This document shows, in pieces, positions 18,089 to 30,013 of a stretch of DNA of 64,000 bases (positions are counted from its first letter, which is position 1; every line of letters starts with the position of its first letter). This DNA is from Terriglobia bacterium (lineage in GTDB: Bacteria; Acidobacteriota; Terriglobia; 20CM-2-55-15), in assembly GCA_965218585.1 (NCBI GenBank), contig CBDCLE010000012.1, positions 64,001-128,000 of the forward strand. The letters are read 5' to 3'. The position numbers and the translations under genes were made by a program. Below the pieces are notes generated by a model. The model made no database searches. It saw nothing but the letters and a program-made list of their open reading frames with translations, and was not told the DNA's origin.

Positions 18089-18537
18089 GGCTGCTTCCCG
18101 ATGGATGAGAGCAGCGTGGCTTCAGCGGCCAGTTCTTCCCCAACGTGAACCTGCCCCTTCATCTTCCAGATGGTGGCTTTTCGGCGGATGATCTCGCCCG
18201 AGATGCGCAACTGGTCTCCGGGAACAATCGGACGACGAAACTTGGCGCCGTCGATGCCCATGAAGTAGACCAGTGAATTCTCGATATCGGATTCTTCGAG
18301 GAGGCCGAGAATTGCCCCAACCTGAGCCATGCATTCGATGGTGAGGACTCCGGGCATGACCGGAGTAGAGGGAAAGTGGCCAGCGAAAAAGGGTTCGTTG
18401 ATCGTAACGTTCTTGAGCGCGACGATCCGATGCCCCCGCTCAACCTCGACAACCCGATCGACCAGCAGGAACGGGTAGCGGTGCGGGAGGATCCGCATTA
18501 TCTCGGCGATTCGCAGCTCCAAAGGTTCTCCTGGCAC
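18085..18537 (-). CDS. fabZ: 3-hydroxyacyl-ACP dehydratase
   Basis: [30 protein letters not shown]. Confidence 0.97.
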   Translation of the reverse strand: MPGEPLELRIAEIMRILPHRYPFLLVDRVVEVERGHRIVALKNVTINEPFFAGHFPSTPVMPGVLTIECMAQVGAILGLLEESDIENSLVYFMGIDGAKFRRPIVPGDQLRISGEIIRRKATIWKMKGQVHVGEELAAEATLLSSIGKQP

Positions 18538-18646
18538 GTCAGCGTTCGGGATCCGGGTGCGAATAAATTACACCCTCCAAGGGAACGGAATCCCTCAGAG
18601 CTCCCCAGCCCATGGTCCGGCTCCGGGCTGCCAACACACTTCCTCT

Positions 18647-19231
18647 CTAAGGCTCGGGGTCGGGAGCCGCCGCCGGTGCTGCCGGAGGTGCGGGAGGTGC
18701 TTCCGAGCTCTCTGCTGCAGCATCCATACGCCGAATGATCTCGTTCGTGATGTCGATCGAAGGAGCAGCGTAGATCAGGCCGGACTGCTGCGCGGCGACG
18801 TTAAAAATCAGAGTGTACTGCTGCTCATCCGCGTATTCCTGAAAGATTACCTGAGCCTTTTCGAATATCGGCAGCAACAGCTGGTCATTCCTCGCCGACA
18901 TGTCCAGCTCAGCGTCCTCCGAAGCTCGAGTAAGCCGGGTCTGCGTGTTCTGGATGTCGCGATTGAGGTTACCCAGCGCAGTCGCAGAAAGAACCCGCTC
19001 CTGCGTCGCGAGCCGATTCTCCATTTCCGCAAGTTCGGCCTGCATCGTTTCCAGTTCAGCCGACAGCTCGTTGAAATATTCCTCCAGCTGTGCGCTGGCA
19101 ACACGGCCGTCCACGCTTTCAGCAACAACCCTGTCGAAGTTGATCACTGCAACTCTCTGCGCAAGAAGCGAGCCTGGAGTCAACAGCGTCACAAGCAACG
19201 CCAACTTCAAGTACTTCATCTTTGTTCCCAA
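18647..19231 (-). CDS. skp: OmpH/Skp periplasmic chaperone
   Basis: Signal peptide, RVAVIN, coiled coil, DITNEII. Lies downstream of bamA. Confidence 0.88.
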   Translation of the reverse strand: MGTKMKYLKLALLVTLLTPGSLLAQRVAVINFDRVVAESVDGRVASAQLEEYFNELSAELETMQAELAEMENRLATQERVLSATALGNLNRDIQNTQTRLTRASEDAELDMSARNDQLLLPIFEKAQVIFQEYADEQQYTLIFNVAAQQSGLIYAAPSIDITNEIIRRMDAAAESSEAPPAPPAAPAAAPDPEP

Positions 19232-19240
19232 AATTTCCTC

Positions 19241-21886
19241 CTAAAATGTCTTGCCCACCGTAAACTTGAATCCCCTCTGTTCTTCCTGCAGGAGAAACCT
19301 CTGTCCGCTGTTGGGCGTCGTCACTGTCCGATCGAGTCTCAACGGATTGTAATAGTAAATCAGCCGGAACGGCGCGTTGATCACCGGCATAAGGACCTGC
19401 AATTCCACACCAGTGCTGGACCTGATTCCGGCGTTCGTTCCGGGAATAAAATTTACGCCGTCCACACGAATGGATCCATCGGGCTGAATCACCTCACGCT
19501 GTAACTGATCTCTGTTAAATGCCCAGCTGTTCCCAATGTCGACAAAGGGCGCCAGTGTCAGCACCTCTCCCGCAATCGGAATTCGATATTCGAGGTTCGC
19601 GACAGCCGTTGTATCCCCACCGACGAACGCAATATCGTCGATCACGATCGGCTGACCTGTAAAGTCGTCCTCCGACTCCCGTGTCACGAAAGCCATGGGG
19701 CTGATCGAGCGAAACTCGAAACCTCGGATATCGAAGTCTCCACCCATGAAGTAGCGCTGAAAAAACGGGGGTCCGGTTCCCGAGAAACCTCTCAGGTGCC
19801 CAACCTGTACGCGAAGCGCCAAAGTATTCCGGAAGTTGTTGATGGGTTTGTAAAACTGATACTCGAAGAACGGCTGGATATAGTTCACGTTACCGCCCAG
19901 GAAACTGCCCGTAAAATTAAAGCTCAAGTTGATGCTCTGACCTCTGGACGGATTGTTCGGATTGTTTACAGTGCTGTAACTGTAAGTCGAAATCAGCGAT
20001 CGCGTCTTGAAGTCGCTGAAGCTGCCGCCGGTCCGGACGAAGTTTTCACGCTCGGACTGCCGCACATTGTTAAAGAAAGCCGCCGTGGCCGGGTTGACTG
20101 CATCGTTCTCGGAATTGTCGAATTGAAAGGTCAGGCCCAGACGCTGGAAGACCCTGAACGGATAGCTGGAAAAAACGTTGAATCCCCGCCGGCTCTGCTC
20201 GTAGTTGAGTCGGTTCTCGAAACCCAATCCGGTCGGCAAATTATCAACGTCAAGACCAAAAATGTCACGCGCCTGGTCGAAGCGATACTCGCTCCGGTAA
20301 ACGGAAAAACCCGCTGAGATCGGACGGTCGAACAGATACGGTTCGGTGAAGCTGAAAGAGAGATTTGTCTGGCGTGTTCCACCCTGGGCTGTCACGCTCA
20401 GTGTCTCGCCAAACCCCAGGAAGTTGTTCGTCGAATAGTCGATCCCAAGGAAACTGCCGCCAATACCGCTGACGCCGCCGCTGAACCCGATCGTGTTTCC
20501 GCCACGCTCTTCGACATTCAGCGTGATATCAACTTCCGCCTCGGTCGGGTTCGGCTGTATGTCGGCCGCATCCGGCGTGATCTCCTCGAAGTAACCCAAT
20601 TGGTTGAGACGAAGCAGGCTCACATCCCAGAGCTGAGAACTGAACAGATCACCTTCCTGCAACATCACCTCGCGGCGTATCACCTTGTCGCGTGTTGTCG
20701 TATTTCCACGGAAGCTGATCCGGTTGACGAAAAACTGGCGGTCCTCATCGATATTGATGTTCAGGTCGACGGTTCGGGTTGGGTCGTCGAAGCCATAGTT
20801 GGGAACCGGAGTAAAATTGATGTACCCGAAGTTGCCATACAGTGTCGTGAGTTGGTCGAATCCTTCGCGCAACTGCGTCTCGTTGAATATATCGCCCGTC
20901 CGGAGTCCCAGAAAGTTCGTCAACTGGTCTTCGGTAAACTGCTCGTTGCCCGTAATGTTTATGTCACCCACCCGGTACTGTTCGTTTTCTTCAACCCGTA
21001 TCGTCAGGAAGAAACGGTCCACTTCCTTCTTCCAGAACGGAAGCGGAATACCCCACGGAAACGAGGGCTTGATAAACGGGAGCGTTCGGCTGATCTTGTG
21101 CGTACGAATCTCCACCTCCGGCTCCAGAACAACGGCCCGGACGTAGCCGTTCTCTCGCAAGAGCATCTGGATCCGGGTAATATCGTCGGCCATTTTCAGC
21201 TCGTGGTAGGTGTCCTGTGACCGGAAGGAAGCGATAGGGCCTGCTTCCTTGAGCAATTCCATCGCACCCTTGATGTCACCGTCAGAAAAGACTTCGTTGC
21301 CAACGATCTCGATTTGCTCGATCTTGATCTTCTCTCCTTCGTCGATGACAAAGGCCACGCCGATTGCGTTGGGGGGAATTTCGTAGGTTTCGATTTCGAC
21401 GGTCGCGTTCTGGCGTCCCTGGCCGGCCAGCAAATCCAGCAGAACGGCTTTGGCTCGTTGCATCCGCGTCTCGTCGTACGGGATCTCCACGCTCAAGCCA
21501 ACGCCCTCGTCGCGAAACCGTTCGAGGATGGACGATTGGGTAACCGAGCTGTTCCCCTCGTAATCGATGGCGCGGATTATGGGCTTTTCTGAAACCTCGA
21601 AGATGACTATCCTGCCGTTGTCTCCGTCCTCTTCATAGACATGAACGTCGTCGAAATAGCCCATGCCATAAAGGGCTCGAATGTCCCGCTGAACCGTAAC
21701 CGCATCAATGGGCTCACCCGGTCGGCTCTGGAGATTGTAGCGGATGGTTTCTGCCGGAACCCTGCGGTTCCCGGTCACCTCGATCGCCTCGATGATGTTC
21801 GGGACCGGAATCTCGAGGACCTGGGGTTGGATGCCGTTAAGAAAAACTGTAAAAAAGACGGCGAAAAGCTTCATTTCCTCCTCCAA
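19241..21886 (-). CDS. bamA: Outer-membrane protein assembly factor BamA
   Basis: POTRA repeats (GN..T.DKVIRRE), IRGF motif, C-terminal FTVGKTF. Confidence 0.95.
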   Translation of the reverse strand: MEEEMKLFAVFFTVFLNGIQPQVLEIPVPNIIEAIEVTGNRRVPAETIRYNLQSRPGEPIDAVTVQRDIRALYGMGYFDDVHVYEEDGDNGRIVIFEVSEKPIIRAIDYEGNSSVTQSSILERFRDEGVGLSVEIPYDETRMQRAKAVLLDLLAGQGRQNATVEIETYEIPPNAIGVAFVIDEGEKIKIEQIEIVGNEVFSDGDIKGAMELLKEAGPIASFRSQDTYHELKMADDITRIQMLLRENGYVRAVVLEPEVEIRTHKISRTLPFIKPSFPWGIPLPFWKKEVDRFFLTIRVEENEQYRVGDINITGNEQFTEDQLTNFLGLRTGDIFNETQLREGFDQLTTLYGNFGYINFTPVPNYGFDDPTRTVDLNINIDEDRQFFVNRISFRGNTTTRDKVIRREVMLQEGDLFSSQLWDVSLLRLNQLGYFEEITPDAADIQPNPTEAEVDITLNVEERGGNTIGFSGGVSGIGGSFLGIDYSTNNFLGFGETLSVTAQGGTRQTNLSFSFTEPYLFDRPISAGFSVYRSEYRFDQARDIFGLDVDNLPTGLGFENRLNYEQSRRGFNVFSSYPFRVFQRLGLTFQFDNSENDAVNPATAAFFNNVRQSERENFVRTGGSFSDFKTRSLISTYSYSTVNNPNNPSRGQSINLSFNFTGSFLGGNVNYIQPFFEYQFYKPINNFRNTLALRVQVGHLRGFSGTGPPFFQRYFMGGDFDIRGFEFRSISPMAFVTRESEDDFTGQPIVIDDIAFVGGDTTAVANLEYRIPIAGEVLTLAPFVDIGNSWAFNRDQLQREVIQPDGSIRVDGVNFIPGTNAGIRSSTGVELQVLMPVINAPFRLIYYYNPLRLDRTVTTPNSGQRFLLQEEQRGFKFTVGKTF

Positions 21887-22115
21887 GCGACAAACGACAA
21901 AATCGTTTCAAATTGTACTACGACCATGGGTTAAAACCAATGGATAGTGCAGCATAAGCCCTGCCCACGCGCCCACACCTCCAAATTGCAGCGCCATATC
22001 GCCAGAGCGCGGCAAGGCACAACCGCAAGGGCCAGGCGCACGAATCCCCTGACAATGGTCACTTAGACTTTGCGGGAACCGTTTTGGTGTAAAGCGGGGT
22101 AAAAAATAAGAGGCG

Positions 22116-22191
22116 GGTAAAAGTAGGGACAGGGCACTCTTTTTGCAGCCAGATTTGTGGGCAAAAAGAGTGCCCTGTCCCTACTTTTACC
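22116..22191. repeat. 31-bp perfect inverted repeat (REP-like; may also terminate clpC)
   Basis: ggtaaaagtagggacagggcactctttttgc, 14-nt loop, then the exact reverse complement. Confidence 0.85.
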
Positions 22192-22217
22192 GAATAGCGG
22201 TGTTTGAAGGTTAACTG

Positions 22218-24656
22218 CTAGATACTCAACGGCACGCCAACTTCTTCCCGATCCTTTGGCCGATACCAGAGCTGTTCGCCATCCCGATACACCTCGACCC
22301 TGGATATGTTCTCGAGGTTGCCCTGGATCAAGGCTTCCGACAACGGGTCCTCAATGTAGCGCTGAATGGCTCGGCGCAGGGGCCGTGCACCGTAGTTGCG
22401 GTCGTGGCACACCTTGTCCAGAATCCACTGCCGCGCTTCTTCGGTCAGGCTGACTTCCAGATGCTTGTGTTCGAGATTTTCGTTCAACTGGTCGATCATC
22501 ATTTCGACGATTCGCGCCAGGTCAGAGTCCGTAAGCGAGTTAAAGATGATGATCTCGTCGAGACGGTTGATGAATTCGGGATTGAACAGACGCTTCACTT
22601 CCACCATCACCGCATCTTCCATCTTGGCTTCGGTAACCTCTTCGCTTGGCGCCTGGAATCCCAGACTCGTGTGCTTGCTCAGGAATCGTGCACCGATATT
22701 GGAGGTCATGATGATGATCGTGTTCTTGAAATCGATCGTGTTACCCAGCCCGTCGGTCAACTGGCCGTCTTCAAACACCTGTAACAGGATGTTGTAAACG
22801 TCCGGATGGGCTTTTTCGATTTCATCCAGCAGGATGACTGAATACGGATTACGTTTGACGCGCTCAGTGAGCTGGCCGCCCTCTTCATAGCCAACGTATC
22901 CCGGAGGAGAACCGATCAGCTTCGAAACCGAATGCTTTTCCATGAACTCGGACATGTCAAAGCGAATCAGGCTCTTTTCGCTGCCGAAGAGGAATTGCGC
23001 CAGAGATCTCGCCATCTCCGTCTTACCAACACCGGTCGGACCGAGGAACAGGAACGATCCCGACGGCCGCGTCGGTGATTTCAAACCGGCACGAGAACGG
23101 CGGATCGCACGTGCCAGAGCGTCAATCGCCTTGTCCTGACTGACAATGCGCCGGTGCAATTCATCCTCGATCCGGCTCAAGCGGAGCATCTCCTCTTCCT
23201 TGATCGAGGTCACCGGGACTCCGGTCCACTTGGATACGACTTCTTCGATGTCCGCACGAGTGGCCACACCCATGCTGGCCGTCTCACTGATGTTGAACTT
23301 TTCGCGGACTCCCTGGAGGTTGTCCCTCTCGACTTGCTCCTGGTTCTTGTAGTGCTCCGCCTTTTCAAAGTCCTTACTCGAAATGGCGCTCTCCATCCGG
23401 GCCACGATGAACTTGATCCTGCGCTGGATATCGGTCATTTCAGAAGGCAGTGTGGCCTGACGCAGCTTGACACGCGCACCGGCCTCATCGAGGAGGTCGA
23501 TCGCCTTGTCGGGAAGGAAACGGTCAGGGATATATCGATTGGACAGATGCACAGCCGCTTCGATGGCTTCGTCCGTGTAGCTGACCATGTGGAATTTCTC
23601 GTAGCGTGACTTGACACCGTGCAGGATGCTTACCGATTCCTGTTCGGGCGGGGCACCGACCTTGATCGCCTGGAAACGGCGTTCAAGAGACCGGTCCTTC
23701 TCGATCGATTTCCGAAACTCTGCCGGTGTCGTCGCACCGATGCACTGGATCTCGCCCCGCGAGAGTGCGGGCTTCAGGATGTTGGCCGCGTCCAGGGAGC
23801 CTTCGGCAGAACCCGCACCGACCAGCGTGTGCAACTCATCGATAAAGACGATCGTGTTGGGGTTGTCGACCAACTCCTTCATGATGGTCTTCAATCTCTC
23901 TTCAAACTGCCCCCTGTACTTTGTTCCTGCAACGATCAATGAAAGATCGAGGACCAGGATCCGCTTGTCGGACAGAAAAGTCGGCACTTCCCCATCGACG
24001 ATTTGCTGCGCCAGGCCTTCGACGATAGCCGTCTTGCCAACACCGGGATCGCCAATCAGCACAGGGTTGTTCTTAGTTCTCCGGCAGAGGATCTGAACGA
24101 CACGATCGATTTCGTTGCTGCGGCCGACCAATGGGTCCAGAACGCCGTCAACGGCAGCCTGTGTCAGATCACGCGAAAACTCACTCAGAAGAGGTGTTTC
24201 CTTGGGCTTGACCAACGTCTGGCGATCGACAACCGAGCGAGCCAATTCTTCGCGAATGGCGTTCAGCCGCAGGCCGCGCTCATGCAGAATTTCGCCGGCC
24301 ACACACTTCTCTTCGCGCAGGATACCGAGCAGAAGATGCTCTGTGCCGATGTGGCGATGGTTCAGACGCTCGGCCTCTTCGGCCGCATAAGCCAGGATCC
24401 GCTTGCACTCGTTGGACAAGGGCAGATCGATCGATGTCGAAACCTTCTCCCGAATCGTCGTCCGTCCCTCGATTTCCTTGCGGATGCTTTCGATGGACGA
24501 CTGGTTGCGCAGGAACCGGTTGGTGAGGTTCTTGTCCTCCCGAATCAGTCCCAGAAGCAGGTGCTCAGTTTCGATCGTCGTGCTGCCAAACTGACTGGCT
24601 TCATATCGCGCGAAGAAGATTACGCGGCGTGCTCTCTCTGTGTATCTTTCGAACAT
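22218..24656 (-). CDS. clpC: ATP-dependent Clp protease ATP-binding subunit ClpC
   Basis: [11 protein letters not shown] Clp-N repeats and two AAA+ modules ([16 protein letters not shown]). Confidence 0.95.
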   Translation of the reverse strand: MFERYTERARRVIFFARYEASQFGSTTIETEHLLLGLIREDKNLTNRFLRNQSSIESIRKEIEGRTTIREKVSTSIDLPLSNECKRILAYAAEEAERLNHRHIGTEHLLLGILREEKCVAGEILHERGLRLNAIREELARSVVDRQTLVKPKETPLLSEFSRDLTQAAVDGVLDPLVGRSNEIDRVVQILCRRTKNNPVLIGDPGVGKTAIVEGLAQQIVDGEVPTFLSDKRILVLDLSLIVAGTKYRGQFEERLKTIMKELVDNPNTIVFIDELHTLVGAGSAEGSLDAANILKPALSRGEIQCIGATTPAEFRKSIEKDRSLERRFQAIKVGAPPEQESVSILHGVKSRYEKFHMVSYTDEAIEAAVHLSNRYIPDRFLPDKAIDLLDEAGARVKLRQATLPSEMTDIQRRIKFIVARMESAISSKDFEKAEHYKNQEQVERDNLQGVREKFNISETASMGVATRADIEEVVSKWTGVPVTSIKEEEMLRLSRIEDELHRRIVSQDKAIDALARAIRRSRAGLKSPTRPSGSFLFLGPTGVGKTEMARSLAQFLFGSEKSLIRFDMSEFMEKHSVSKLIGSPPGYVGYEEGGQLTERVKRNPYSVILLDEIEKAHPDVYNILLQVFEDGQLTDGLGNTIDFKNTIIIMTSNIGARFLSKHTSLGFQAPSEEVTEAKMEDAVMVEVKRLFNPEFINRLDEIIIFNSLTDSDLARIVEMMIDQLNENLEHKHLEVSLTEEARQWILDKVCHDRNYGARPLRRAIQRYIEDPLSEALIQGNLENISRVEVYRDGEQLWYRPKDREEVGVPLSI

Positions 24657-24794
24657 GATCTCGTCTTTGGGTTGAGGCCCAGTCCCAGAAGGACTTCAGT
24701 TCTTAATTATCGAGCTTTTTCTTTCAGTTGTACGACTCTAAAGATTCTAAACGATGGCCAAAGTCAGAACAAGGCCCCATCCCCGATGGCCAGC

Positions 24795-25463
24795 TCATCC
24801 TTGGACCAACTTTCCTCTATCTATCTGCCATATCTGGTCACACTTAGCCGCAATCTTTTCGTTGTGGGTCACGATCACCGAGGTCAGGCCACGCTCGGAA
24901 TGGAGCCCCCGGATCACCTCAAATACTTCGCTCCCTGTGTCGGGATCCAGATTCCCGGTCGGCTCGTCGGCCAAAAGGAGTTCGGCATCTCCAACCAGGG
25001 CGCGTGCAATCGCTACTCGTTGTTGTTCCCCTCCGGAAAGCTCCCCGATCTGGTGTTCGAGGCGAGCTCCAAGCCCTACTTGTTCAAGCAATTGACGCGC
25101 ACGTGCCATAGCATCGTCCCGGGTCTTCCCCCTGACCATCAACGGCATGGCTGCATTTTCCGTCGCCGTAAACTCCGGCAGCAGGTGATGAAACTGAAAC
25201 ACAAAGCCCACGTGGTGGTTTCGATATTGGGCCAGACGGATCGGATCGAGTGAAAAGATGTCTTCCTCCCGGAACAGGACCTGGCCCGAAGTGGGAGAAT
25301 CCAGGCCGCCCAGCAAGTGGAGCAACGTGCTCTTACCTGCACCCGAAGGTCCAATCACCGCAATCAGGTCGCCCGATTCTACCCGCAGATTCAGACCCTC
25401 AAAAACAACGATGTCTGAAGCCGGTGTGGCGTATATTTTCGTTAGGTTTACGGCCTCTAGCAT
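24795..25463 (-). CDS. lolD: Lipoprotein-releasing ABC ATPase
   Basis: GPSGAGKS, FVFQFHHLLPEF, LSGGEQQR. Confidence 0.9.
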   Translation of the reverse strand: MLEAVNLTKIYATPASDIVVFEGLNLRVESGDLIAVIGPSGAGKSTLLHLLGGLDSPTSGQVLFREEDIFSLDPIRLAQYRNHHVGFVFQFHHLLPEFTATENAAMPLMVRGKTRDDAMARARQLLEQVGLGARLEHQIGELSGGEQQRVAIARALVGDAELLLADEPTGNLDPDTGSEVFEVIRGLHSERGLTSVIVTHNEKIAAKCDQIWQIDRGKLVQG

Positions 25464-25594
25464 TGCGGAAGACGACAGCGCGCTATGTTCCGATTTTGTC
25501 TGAGCGGTTTAGGATTACAGCCCGTTTCCGAGCTGAAGCGGGCGTACTCGGGTTCCGACTGGGAAAAAATCGACCATAGATCCTCGCCTGGAGG

Positions 25595-26809
25595 TCACTC
25601 ATATCTGAGGGCCTCCACAGGTTGGAGCCTGGAAGCCGCTCTTGAGGGATATATCGTGGCGGCGTAGCTGATCAGGACCGCTGCAACAGCCACGATCACT
25701 GAGTCGGACAGGCTGGGTTGGAATGGAACATACGCGATCGAATAGACGTCAGGGGAGATGCTGACCCACTGGTACCGATCGGCCAGATAACTGACTGCGT
25801 TCCCTATGGCGACACCCAAGCCGGTGCCCACAACACCAATGATGACTCCTTGGGCGATGAAGACCTTTCGGATGTTGTCCTGGGTCGCCCCCATCGACAT
25901 CAGTACAGCAATGTCCCGCGTCTTCTCCATTACCATCATCACCAACGTCACGACAATGTTGAGCGAGGCAACGATCACGATCAGGCCGATCGTAATGAAC
26001 ATAACGATTCGCTCCAGCTGCAAAGCCTCAAAGATCGCGGCGTTCTGTGTCCTCCAATCGGTAAACTCCAGCTCTTCGCCAACAGCAGTCACAATTTCGG
26101 GACCTAATACTCCAGACTCATCAATGTCATCGATCTGGACTTCGATCGAAGAAGCGACGTCGTCTTCTCCCAGCAACCGCTGCGCCGCTTCGATCGGTAC
26201 ATAGACATAACCCACATCAAAGTCATAGAGCCCAGAGCGGAAAATACCGGACACTTCAAAGATACGGGAACGCGGCGCAGGGCCCCCTGGAGTGAGAATC
26301 GTTTCCGCGGTCAATGCACGGAGATCGTCCCCCACAAACGAACCCATCGTCAGTGCCAGCTCCTCACCAATCAGAATCGAACGTGGACCGAAATCCTCCG
26401 GTCTGCCTTCGATAAGAGTTTCGAAAACCTCTGAACGCTTCGCTTCCAACTCCGGCACGATACCCTTCATGTATACGCCGCTGCTCTGAAAGCCGTTCGA
26501 CAGCAAGACCTGTTGATAGAGAGCGGGAGCGGCGGCTGTAACGCCATCGACGGATTCGGCACGGCGTGCCGCTTCGATGTAATCGCCAATGCCCTCTCGT
26601 GTAGGTCTCAACAACGTGATGTGGGCCTGTGTCCCCAGGAGCTTCTCTTCAAGGTCCTGTCGGAAACCCGCGTTGATGGCCAGTGCAATGACCAGAGCCG
26701 CAACGCCTGCAGTGACACCAATCACTGAAATGATCGTAATCAGCGACACGACAGCCTGCTTTCGCTTGGCTTTCAAATACCTCAGGGCAACGATGAACTC
26801 AAACCGCAT
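25595..26809 (-). CDS. lolE: Lipoprotein-releasing ABC permease LolC/E
   Basis: MRFEFIVALRYLKAKR, EKTRDIAVL, PVEALRYE. Upstream of lolD. Confidence 0.88.
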   Translation of the reverse strand: MRFEFIVALRYLKAKRKQAVVSLITIISVIGVTAGVAALVIALAINAGFRQDLEEKLLGTQAHITLLRPTREGIGDYIEAARRAESVDGVTAAAPALYQQVLLSNGFQSSGVYMKGIVPELEAKRSEVFETLIEGRPEDFGPRSILIGEELALTMGSFVGDDLRALTAETILTPGGPAPRSRIFEVSGIFRSGLYDFDVGYVYVPIEAAQRLLGEDDVASSIEVQIDDIDESGVLGPEIVTAVGEELEFTDWRTQNAAIFEALQLERIVMFITIGLIVIVASLNIVVTLVMMVMEKTRDIAVLMSMGATQDNIRKVFIAQGVIIGVVGTGLGVAIGNAVSYLADRYQWVSISPDVYSIAYVPFQPSLSDSVIVAVAAVLISYAATIYPSRAASRLQPVEALRYE

Positions 26810-26875
26810 CAAGCAATTATATGGGACAGAGTCCCAGCCCCGGTCACGTATTAAGTCATTAAAAACATGGTGAAC

Positions 26876-26969
26876 TTCAACACGAAGACACGAAGGTAAC
26901 GAAGTTGGGATGTCTTTAAGACAAGCAACCTTCGTGGACTTCGTTTCCCTTCGCGGACTTCGCGTTAAA
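26876..26969. repeat. Palindromic repeat element (ACGAAG subfamily)
   Basis: ttcaacacgaagacacgaaggtaacgaag ... cttcgtggacttcgtttcccttcgcggacttcgcgttaaa. Confidence 0.75.
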
Positions 26970-27038
26970 AATCCCTGACGACGGAATATGGCACAATGTA
27001 GGTTTGGATTTAGGACTGAACAAGGAACAGGGACTCCA

Positions 27039-28847
27039 ATGAATCTCCGTAACATCGCTATCGTCGCACACGTCGATCACGGCAAGACGACACTCGTCGA
27101 CGCCATGCTCTGGCAGAGCGGCACGTTTAGCGAACACGAGGCCGTGCAGGATCGGGTCATGGATTCTATGGATCTCGAGCGTGAAAAAGGCATCACGATC
27201 ATGGCCAAGAACACGGCCATCCGATACGGCGACGTCAAAATCAACATCGTCGACACACCCGGACACGCTGACTTCGGAGGTGAAGTGGAACGGACGCTGG
27301 GAATGGTCGACGGCATCATGTTGCTGGTCGATGCCGCAGAAGGTCCCCTGCCCCAGACCCGCTTCGTCCTGTCCAAAGCCCTGGAACTGGAGCTCCCGGC
27401 CATCGTCGTCATCAACAAGATCGATCGCAAGGACGCACGTCCCGAAGAAGTACTCAATGAAATCTACGACTTGTTCATCGATCTCGACGCAGCGGAGCAC
27501 CAGATCGAGTTCCCTGTTGTCTATTCGATTGCACGGGAAGGCAAGTGCGCTCGCTCGCTCGGGACTGAGCTCACTGACCTGCGGCCCCTGTTCGACACGA
27601 TCGTTGACCATATTCCTGCCCCGTCCGGCGAAGCAGACCGTTCTTTCCAGATGTTGGTCACGACCGTTCAGCCGGACGATTACCGGGGGCCACTCGCCAT
27701 CGGTCGGATTGTCGCAGGGTCCATCCGCGCCCGGGAGAAGGTCGCGCTATGCCACCGCGACGGATCACAGACCCAGGGTGAAGTGACCGAATTGTTCGTC
27801 TACGAGGGCCTGGAACGTGTCTCTGCCGAGGAAGCTGGCCCGGGAGAAATCGTTGCCGTAGCCGGCTTGACGGGAATCGGCCTCGGCGAAAGCCTTGCGG
27901 ACGGCGAGGATCCTCATCCGCTCGCGCCGCTCCACATCGACGAGCCGACGATGTCGATGGAGTTTTCGATCAACGACTCTCCGTTCAGCGGCAAGGAGGG
28001 ACCCTACGTCACCTCACGCCACTTGAGGGAACGCCTCATGAAGGAGGCTCGCAACAACCTGGCTATGCGGGTGGAGACGACTGATTCTCCGGATCGCTTC
28101 CAGGTGTTTGGTCGAGGGGAATTGCAGCTGGCGATTCTGATCGAACAGATGCGTCGCGAAGGTTACGAGTTCTCGGTCGGGATGCCACGCGTCATCACCA
28201 AGAACGTCAACGGAGGCACACACGAACCGTTCGAGCTGGCTATGATCGACACCCCGGAAGAATATATGGGTGTCATCATGCAGAAGCTCGGAACACGGAA
28301 AGGCGTGATGGGGAAGATGGTCAATCACGGTTCGGGCCGCGTTCGCCTGGAATTTGACGTCCCCAGCCGGGGCCTCATCGGATACCGGACCGAATTTCTC
28401 ACAGACACGAAAGGCACCGGGATCCTCACACACATGTTCAATGAGTTCAGGTCGTGGGCGGGTGAAATCAAACACAGGGGAACGGGCGCTCTTGTCGCCG
28501 ACAGGCAGGGACCAGTCACAGGGTACGCTGTCATCAATCTCCAGGAGCGCGGGGAACTCTTCGTCGCACCGACCGATGAGGTCTACCGCGGCATGCTGGT
28601 CGGAGAAAACAGCCGGGACGCCGATCTCGACGTCAACATCACCAAGGAAAAGAAGCTGACCAACATGCGGGCATCAGTGTCTGACACCTACGAGAAGATA
28701 GTCCCGCCCCTCAGAATGTCCCTGGAACAATCCATCGAATTCATCCGTGAAGACGAACTGATCGAAGTCACGCCCAATAGCCTCAGGCTTCGCAAACGCC
28801 ACCTGGACTCGAACGACAGAAAGTACTATGCCAACCGAACAAGTTAG
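27039..28847 (+). CDS. typA: Translational GTPase TypA/BipA
   Basis: [41 protein letters not shown]. Confidence 0.97.
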   Translation: MNLRNIAIVAHVDHGKTTLVDAMLWQSGTFSEHEAVQDRVMDSMDLEREKGITIMAKNTAIRYGDVKINIVDTPGHADFGGEVERTLGMVDGIMLLVDAAEGPLPQTRFVLSKALELELPAIVVINKIDRKDARPEEVLNEIYDLFIDLDAAEHQIEFPVVYSIAREGKCARSLGTELTDLRPLFDTIVDHIPAPSGEADRSFQMLVTTVQPDDYRGPLAIGRIVAGSIRAREKVALCHRDGSQTQGEVTELFVYEGLERVSAEEAGPGEIVAVAGLTGIGLGESLADGEDPHPLAPLHIDEPTMSMEFSINDSPFSGKEGPYVTSRHLRERLMKEARNNLAMRVETTDSPDRFQVFGRGELQLAILIEQMRREGYEFSVGMPRVITKNVNGGTHEPFELAMIDTPEEYMGVIMQKLGTRKGVMGKMVNHGSGRVRLEFDVPSRGLIGYRTEFLTDTKGTGILTHMFNEFRSWAGEIKHRGTGALVADRQGPVTGYAVINLQERGELFVAPTDEVYRGMLVGENSRDADLDVNITKEKKLTNMRASVSDTYEKIVPPLRMSLEQSIEFIREDELIEVTPNSLRLRKRHLDSNDRKYYANRTS

Positions 28848-29660
28848 AGCGTGTTAACACTAATGAGCATGAATGTTTTATAATCAGGCATGGAGATCAC
28901 ACAGGAGCAGTATTGTCGCATCGAGCCGGAACTGCCGCGTCAGCGGGGCAACGTCAGTCTTTCGAACCTGACGGTCTTGAACGCCATTTTGTATGTGGCT
29001 GAGCAGGGCTGCAAGTGGCGCGGTCTGCCCAAGCGCTTTGGCAACTGGCACACCATCTACACCCGGATGAACCGCTGGTCCAAGAACGGGGTGCTCGACG
29101 CCGTCTTCGAAAAACTCCAGCGCGAGCAACTGGTGCGCATCCGGGTGGAAGCCGTTTCGATGGACTCGACCATTGTGAAGGTGCATCCCGACGGCACGGG
29201 AGCGTTAAAAAAAACGGTCCGCAAGCGATCGGCAAATCCCGCGGTGGATGGACCACCAAGATTCATCTGGTTGCCGCGAATGCTCGAACGGCGATAACGT
29301 TTGCGCTCTCGCCCGGCCAAGCGCACGACGCCCCGCAGGGCCGCGATCTGCTCGCCGGCCTGGGGCCGTTGCCCGCGCCGCTGCCGCTGCTGATGGACCG
29401 TGCCTACCAGGACGACCAGACCCGCCAATTGGCTCTGGATTTTGGGTGGATTCCCGTCGTGCCGCCCAAGCGCAACCGCCTGGAGCCGTGGGAATACGAC
29501 CGCGTGCTCTACCGCCGCAGGAACGAAGTCGAGAGGCTCTTCCGCCGACTCAAGGGTTTTCGGCGTATCTTCTCCCGTTTCGATAAACTCGACGTCATGT
29601 TCCTCGCCTTCCTTCACTTCGCACTCATCGTCGAGGCACTACGTTAGTGTTAACACACCC
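28847..29660 (+). mobile_element. IS5-family (IS427 group) element inserted at the typA stop codon
   Basis: TIRs gagcgtgttaacactaa / ttagtgttaacacaccc and TA duplication. Confidence 0.88.
28890..29647 (+). CDS. IS5/IS427 transposase, OrfA+OrfB joined by -1 frameshift
   Basis: OrfA 28890-29297 (GCKWRGLP..FGNW, DSTIVKVH). A8 slippery run near 29207-29214. OrfB GKSRGGWTTKIH, MDRAY, VERLF. Confidence 0.9.
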
Positions 29661-29741
29661 TAGTTAGTTCGTTGCATCCAACTGGCAGCTCCAGTCACTC
29701 CGTATCGTCGTTTCTCGGTTCCCTTATTCCTGAAACTAGAA

Positions 29742-30013
29742 GTGGCCTGTACCACCCATATTGGGACCAGCGCCGATGGGTCTTGCGGGCGAGATCGCGG
29801 CGCGAGACGGAAATTGATGTTTTCGCATCCATGACGGCTCGTAACAAAGATATCGCCCGCAACTCCCATCGGCCCGTAGGGTTACGGCGAAACAACATCG
29901 TCTTCGTTGTCGTCCCCTCCTCCGAATGACGGAGCATTTCCTCGTCGCCGACTCCTAAGAATCCAATGCCGTTTGGCCGCAACGCTGGTCCCCATATGGG
30001 TGGTACAGGCCAC
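29742..30013. mobile_element. Non-autonomous MITE (272 bp)
   Basis: TIR gtggcctgtaccacccatat(t/g)gggaccagcg (30/31), TAGAA duplication at 29737-29741 / 30014-30018, internal inverted repeats. Confidence 0.85.

Noticed and set aside
22050-22095. ECF/sigmaE-type promoter upstream of bamA (AAAC...GTCTAA on the minus strand)
   Set aside because: Plausible, but the match is too short to support as a feature.
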